This document shows, in pieces, positions 59,591-64,000 of a stretch of 64,000 nucleotides of DNA; within the stretch, counting starts at the first letter, position 1, and each line of letters begins with the position of its first letter. A program made the translations under genes and the position numbers. The notes under the pieces were generated by a model that worked only from the letters and a program-made list of their open reading frames with translations, did not search any database and was not told the DNA's origin. The stretch is from an uncultured delta proteobacterium (lineage in GTDB: Bacteria; Desulfobacterota; Desulfobacteria; Desulfobacterales; Desulfatirhabdiaceae). The stretch is taken from positions 256,001 through 320,000 of the forward strand of contig CAWBKP010000012.1 in assembly GCA_963789395.1 (NCBI GenBank). The letters run 5' to 3'.

Positions 59591-60094
59591 TCATCTGTCT
59601 TCACCTTTGAGGCAGTTAAGGTGTGCGATGATATCTTCGGTAATTGCCTCCGGGCTGCGGCCGATATCGATGATCAGGCCGTCCGCAGGCTCTTCCATGG
59701 TGTCCATCTGGCTGGAGAGAAGGCTCTTGTTCATGAATTGGTGATCCCTGCTGCCGATCCGCTCCTGGAGCAGGGTGAATGATCCCTTCAGGTATACCGA
59801 AACTACGTCCTTCTGGTCGACGCCAAGAAGGTCGCGATACCACTTCTTGAGGGCCGAACACGCCAGGACCAGATCCTGACCGGCAGCCAGCCTGCTGTGA
59901 ATGCGCGCTTTCAGGATGGTGAGCCATCCGAGTCGGTCCGAATCGTCAAGCGGCGTGCCGGAGCGCATTTTGGCGATATTTTCCGGTGGATGAAAGTCAT
60001 CGGCGTCGTCGAAAAAATATCCGAGTTTTTCGGCCAGCAACCTGCCGATGGTCGTTTTTCCGCAGCCCATGGGGCCGATCAGGACAAGGATCAC
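59591..60094 (-). CDS. gntK: Gluconokinase (GntK/IdnK family)
   Basis: GPMGCGKTT, DADDFHPPEN..KM..G.PLDD.DR..W, ACSALK..YR; AAGGAG before GTG 60094. Confidence 0.9.
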   Translation of the reverse strand: MILVLIGPMGCGKTTIGRLLAEKLGYFFDDADDFHPPENIAKMRSGTPLDDSDRLGWLTILKARIHSRLAAGQDLVLACSALKKWYRDLLGVDQKDVVSVYLKGSFTLLQERIGSRDHQFMNKSLLSSQMDTMEEPADGLIIDIGRSPEAITEDIIAHLNCLKGEDR

Positions 60095-60098
60095 CGGA

Positions 60099-60824
60099 TC
60101 AGTCTCCTTGGCGTTCGATACCGAAATAACCGACGGCATTCCGGTAACAGATGTCCTGGATGGTGGTGCCGATCAGCTCCAAATCCGGCGGAGTATCGCC
60201 GTTTTCGTTATCGTTTCCGAACAGGTTGCACAGTACCCGCCGGAAATACTCATGGCGCGGATAAGACAGAAAACTCCGGGAGTCGGTGAACATACCGACA
60301 AAACGGAAAAGCAGGCCCATTTTGGAAAGCGCATTGATCTGCCTTTCCATGCCGTCTTTCTGGTCGTTAACCCACCATCCCGAGCCAAACTGCATTTTCA
60401 CCGGAATCCGGCCGTCCTGAAAATTGCCGATCATCGTTGCAATCATCTCGTTATCACGGGGGTTGAGGATGTAAAGGATGGTTTTGGCAAGCTTGTCCCG
60501 TGATTCCAGTTGATCCAGAAACCGGCCAAGGGCGCTTGCCATGGCAAAATCGCCGATGGAATCATACCCGGTATCGGAACCAAGCAGTCTGAAGGCCCGG
60601 GAATTCGTGTTCCTCAGGGCACCAAAATGAAACTGCTGGGTCCAGCCACAGTCATGATCCATGACAGCGCATACAAAGAGCATGGCCGACTTGAAGATGC
60701 GGATTTCCGACACCGGCAGGTGGCAATGGTAATCAAAGATCGGCATGCAGGCGGCAAATTCATGGTAAAGTCTTTGCGCACTTTTTGTCTGCAGCAGAAA
60801 TTCATCTGATAGAAACGGTTTCAT
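60099..60824 (-). pseudogene. uxaC: Glucuronate isomerase with a large in-frame internal deletion
   Basis: FLSDEFLL..DYHCHL N-terminus fused directly to FKSAML..QFHFGALRN; GMFTDSRSFLSYPRHEYFRR; only 241 aa. Confidence 0.85.
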
Positions 60825-60841
60825 GGTGGACTCCCAAGCGC

Positions 60842-62095
60842 TCATGATCTGAGACGGTGCAGAATTTCGCCCGCTTTTTCGACGAAAAGAACCCCTTCTG
60901 CTTCCCGGTTGCGGAAATCGTCAGGATTGACGGCTGCCGGATCAAGGTAGCCGAGGTTGATTTTTCGGCACATCTCAGGCGGAATGGCGGATGCCAGAAC
61001 AACCTCGATCCGCGGCTTTTCGATGCCGTTTTCCATGGTTCCGATGCCCCGGACATGGGTGGCGTGGGCCAGGACCCCCCGGGGAATGTCGGTGAACTGA
61101 TCGGGCCGGGCAAGGAAATAGTCTCTGACATGGTAGCCGATTTTTTCCATGTATCTGCCCCAGGTGCGAGAAACTTCGGTAATGTGCGGGGCATAAATGA
61201 TCAGTCTGCCGCTGTCGGCAACCACCTGCTCGAGTTTATACATGACCTTGCCGCCTGTCCAGATTTCATCATACATCGGCGGGCAGACGCCCAGGACGGT
61301 ATGATACGGACGATCCTTCCAGATGACATGCACTTTCTCGGACAGATCCGCAGCCTGCGACCAGGATTCGCGCCAGTCTCCGCAATACAGACCGTAAAGT
61401 TCCTGCCGGGATTTGACCACCATCGCCAGGCAGTGCACCGGGACCTCGATCAGGCGCATGGCCCGGTTGATCACTTCCCGCACCGGGGTATGCTTGATAC
61501 CGATGGTTCCGGGGCATGTCACGATGGCGCCGAGCCAGTGAAAGGCGTGCAGGAACTCACCAGCCGAAATCCCCGGAAAGAGATATTTCGCACCGCCCGA
61601 ATAGCCGACCACTTCATGCGGAAAAACAGGGCCGAGAATCAGAATCAGATCGTAATCAAAGATGGTTCGGTTGATATCAACCGGCACCCGCTCGCAAAGC
61701 CTGCCGCCCGAAATCTCCGCCATTTCATTTTCTTCGATCCAGCCGACACGGGTCAGGGTGCCGGGAAGATCCCATCGGTGGTTGAAAAACCGGGTGTTGC
61801 GGTACCGGCTGTTTCGTTCCTGCCCGCTGATTCCGTAAAGCGCAAGGATTCGCTCCTCCGCCAACGGGGTGTGGGTGCCGAGGGCGACCATGAAATCAAG
61901 CGCGCCGGCCTTGGTGCCGATGATGTCCTGGATACAGCGGATCATCAGAGGCAAGGGACAGGTTCGCGTGGTATCGGGGGTCAGGACCAGAACGCGCTTG
62001 CCGGTATAAAGCAAGGCGGGCGTGCCGCTGACGATGATCTCCCGTATCCGGGATTCATCTATGATTGAATCGGGTGATCCGATGCCGTAAGTCAT
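60842..62095 (-). CDS. LarA-family (nickel-pincer) hydroxyacid racemase/epimerase, probable gluconate/mannonate 2-epimerase
   Basis: PDTTR, VALGTH, FNH.W, FPHEVVGYSGGAK, W.GGK; hexuronate gene context. Confidence 0.8.
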   Translation of the reverse strand: MTYGIGSPDSIIDESRIREIIVSGTPALLYTGKRVLVLTPDTTRTCPLPLMIRCIQDIIGTKAGALDFMVALGTHTPLAEERILALYGISGQERNSRYRNTRFFNHRWDLPGTLTRVGWIEENEMAEISGGRLCERVPVDINRTIFDYDLILILGPVFPHEVVGYSGGAKYLFPGISAGEFLHAFHWLGAIVTCPGTIGIKHTPVREVINRAMRLIEVPVHCLAMVVKSRQELYGLYCGDWRESWSQAADLSEKVHVIWKDRPYHTVLGVCPPMYDEIWTGGKVMYKLEQVVADSGRLIIYAPHITEVSRTWGRYMEKIGYHVRDYFLARPDQFTDIPRGVLAHATHVRGIGTMENGIEKPRIEVVLASAIPPEMCRKINLGYLDPAAVNPDDFRNREAEGVLFVEKAGEILHRLRS

Positions 62096-62103
62096 GTCAA
62101 ACC

Positions 62104-62200
62104 TCAGATGTTGTGAACCAAGAACCCGCCATCAACCGTGACACACCCGGTAACAAAGCCGGGGACGCCCGTGAACTGGCCAGAAAGAGCGTGGCGGCCT
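62104..62200 (-). pseudogene. C-terminal remnant of an SDR oxidoreductase (UxuB-like)
   Basis: Manual translation across one frameshift: AATLFLASSRAS|FVTGCVTVDGGFLVHNI*. Confidence 0.6.
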
Positions 62201-62417
62201 TTGCGCGTCATATGCCCAGACTCCGGACAGCGGGGTATATGACGTCATCAACATGATGATATTCTGATGTTATTTCACTCATTACCTGATCTTTTTTTTA
62301 GCAGGATACTGTTGAAAATATTGTCCGGAATTTGGGACAACTATATCAACAAAAAACGATAAGGTGGTATATTTTTATTTTTCCGTAAACTTGTAACAGT
62401 TTTAATTCTCATTGACC

Positions 62418-62656
62418 ATGGTGATCAAACTGGCCGAAACACACTCGAAAAGCTACTCCACCGAGATGGGTCATGAATTATCTGCATCTTCCCGACATCA
62501 TTACCCAGTGGTTTCTCTCCGTGTCGGATCAGAAGTGGGTGATTCTGCTGATGATCAGCATCCTGCTGTTGATTCTCGACGGCCCCATGGATATGGCTCC
62601 CATGATCCTGATCCTGACGCCAATCCTGTTTCCGGCGGTGACTAAGCCTGGATTCG
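62418..62656 (+). pseudogene. Collapsed remnant of TRAP dctP start fused to an internal dctM fragment
   Basis: MVIKLAETHSKSYSTEMG, then in another frame LHLPDIITQWFLSVSDQKWVILLMISILLLILDGPMDMAPMILILTPILFP. Confidence 0.6.
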
Positions 62657-62683
62657 CTGGAAACCGGCTTTCGCCGGTATGAC
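62657..62683 (-). repeat. REP-type element
   Basis: Minus strand GTCATACCGGCGAAAGCCGGTTTCCAG (GTCA-stem-GAAA-stem-TCCAG pattern). Confidence 0.6.
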
Positions 62684-62721
62684 TGAAGAGGCAATTTGAA
62701 GGGGTTTTGAAAGAGGCTCAC

Positions 62722-64000
62722 TCATTTTACCGATTCTGCGATCTTCTCCAGCGGCAACCCCGAACGAATATGCAAATCCCGTTGCGGAAACGGTATTTCG
62801 ATTCCGGCGGTCTTGAAAACATCAAATAGAGCGTAATACAGGTGGCTGCGCACATAATTGGCCGACGCCTTGCGGATATCCATCCATACCAGCAGATTAA
62901 AATTGATGGAATTGTCGCCATACCCGTCAAACCACACGGCGGGTTGTTTCACCTTTTCCACCAGCGGCTCTTTTTCAGCCACCGATACGGACAAGCGCGA
63001 TACTTCATGGGGATCTGCCGCGTACGATACGCCAAACGGAACCCGGATTCGGATAATCGGAGATGACAGGGTATAGTTGATGATGGTGTTGGAAATAAGC
63101 GCAGAGTTGGGTATGAGATATTCAATATTGTCCCGGGTTCTGATGTTGGTCTCCCGCAGATAAATATCCGTCACTTCTCCTACGGTTCCGCTGACCTCCA
63201 GCCAATCCCCCTTTCGGATCTTTCCACCAAAAATAATCACAAAACCGCTGATCAGGCTGGAAGCGATGCTTTGCATGGCCAGCCCGATACCAATACCGAT
63301 GGCGCCGGCAAAAACCATCAGCGACCTGAGGTCAAAGCCGACAATTTGCAAGGAAATCATAGCACCCAGGAACAGCATGAAATATTTCAGGAATGTATCG
63401 ATGGCGTACGCAAGGCCGGGTGCAACCCCGATGGAAGGATAAACCTTATAATCCAGATAGGCGCAAAGAAGCTGCGCCGCATAATAGAATCCGGCCAACA
63501 TCAGCGCTGCCTGCAGCAACACCCAAAGAGAAAGGAATGACCCGCCGACGCTCATGATGGGAAAAGACATGATTTTGCGGATCGGCTCCATCACCCCGAG
63601 CAGATTCAACATGACTAGAATCGCCATAATGATCGTAATATAAAAGGTCAGAACCCTAATCGAGCGGATGAGCCTATGCGTTTTTTCGTCTGAAAGCTCG
63701 ATGCCATCTGACCATTTCTGAACTCTTATCATCAACATATGATAGATTAATGAAAAACCGATATATACGCCGGCAATTGCCCACGTCTTTATCCAGAGCG
63801 TCTTGGTGAAATCTTTATACCCGATACACCATAGAACCCCGGACAAAAAAGTCATCAGGATAACCGGGTAATAATACCGCTCAAGGCCTTTTAAAAATCC
63901 CTGATAACTTAAGTATGGCAGTTGCGGCAGCAGTGACAGGATTATTTTTTTCCGAAGAAAAACCAAAAACAGCACGATGACAATAGACAGGAATACGACA
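62722..64000 (-). CDS. Large MscS-family mechanosensitive channel (N-terminus beyond the window)
   Basis: GAIGIGIGLAMQ..SGFVII, G.VTDIYLRET, LIPNS, GVSY..D, GIEIPFPQRDLH. Confidence 0.9.
   Translation of the reverse strand, partial: VVFLSIVIVLFLVFLRKKIILSLLPQLPYLSYQGFLKGLERYYYPVILMTFLSGVLWCIGYKDFTKTLWIKTWAIAGVYIGFSLIYHMLMIRVQKWSDGIELSDEKTHRLIRSIRVLTFYITIIMAILVMLNLLGVMEPIRKIMSFPIMSVGGSFLSLWVLLQAALMLAGFYYAAQLLCAYLDYKVYPSIGVAPGLAYAIDTFLKYFMLFLGAMISLQIVGFDLRSLMVFAGAIGIGIGLAMQSIASSLISGFVIIFGGKIRKGDWLEVSGTVGEVTDIYLRETNIRTRDNIEYLIPNSALISNTIINYTLSSPIIRIRVPFGVSYAADPHEVSRLSVSVAEKEPLVEKVKQPAVWFDGYGDNSINFNLLVWMDIRKASANYVRSHLYYALFDVFKTAGIEIPFPQRDLHIRSGLPLEKIAESVK

Noticed and set aside
60857..62068. 403-aa plus-strand ORF and other long antisense ORFs (11412-12218, 41765-42517, 48923-49708)
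   Set aside because: Shadows of well-supported genes on the opposite strand, with no recognisable motifs
1..64000. CRISPR array, tRNA/rRNA, prophage, defence system, intact IS
   Set aside because: No spaced direct repeats, cloverleafs or hallmark genes seen by manual reading

Overview
Chromosomal, mostly core-metabolic segment of an anaerobe. Gene content (W-type AOR, sigma-54 EBP, purD-purE fusion, TRAP/Liv transporters, DUF362) suggests Desulfobacterota, which is an inference. Transport: three branched-chain-amino-acid-type ABC modules, Trk and Ktr K+ uptake, a PiT/DUF47 phosphate pair, a TRAP transporter and a BirA-bioY-ECF biotin operon with a clear operator. Other housekeeping: a diadenylate cyclase-YbbR fusion next to DUF2914 and RNase D, patB-mtaD-ade, rhlE, purDE-tsaC and typA. 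Most notable: (i) a divergent sigma-54 locus gabT-aor / EBP / ABC importer-deaminase with two sigma-54 promoters and three ATGCA-N4-TGCAT boxes; (ii) a split ACAD10/11-like operon whose CoA ligase is interrupted by a carboxyltransferase fragment; (iii) a collapsing hexuronate island in which only a LarA-family epimerase and gluconokinase remain intact. About eight genes carry single-base frameshifts, many probably assembly errors. No rRNA, tRNA, CRISPR array or intact transposase was seen. All calls come from reading motifs; no searches were run.
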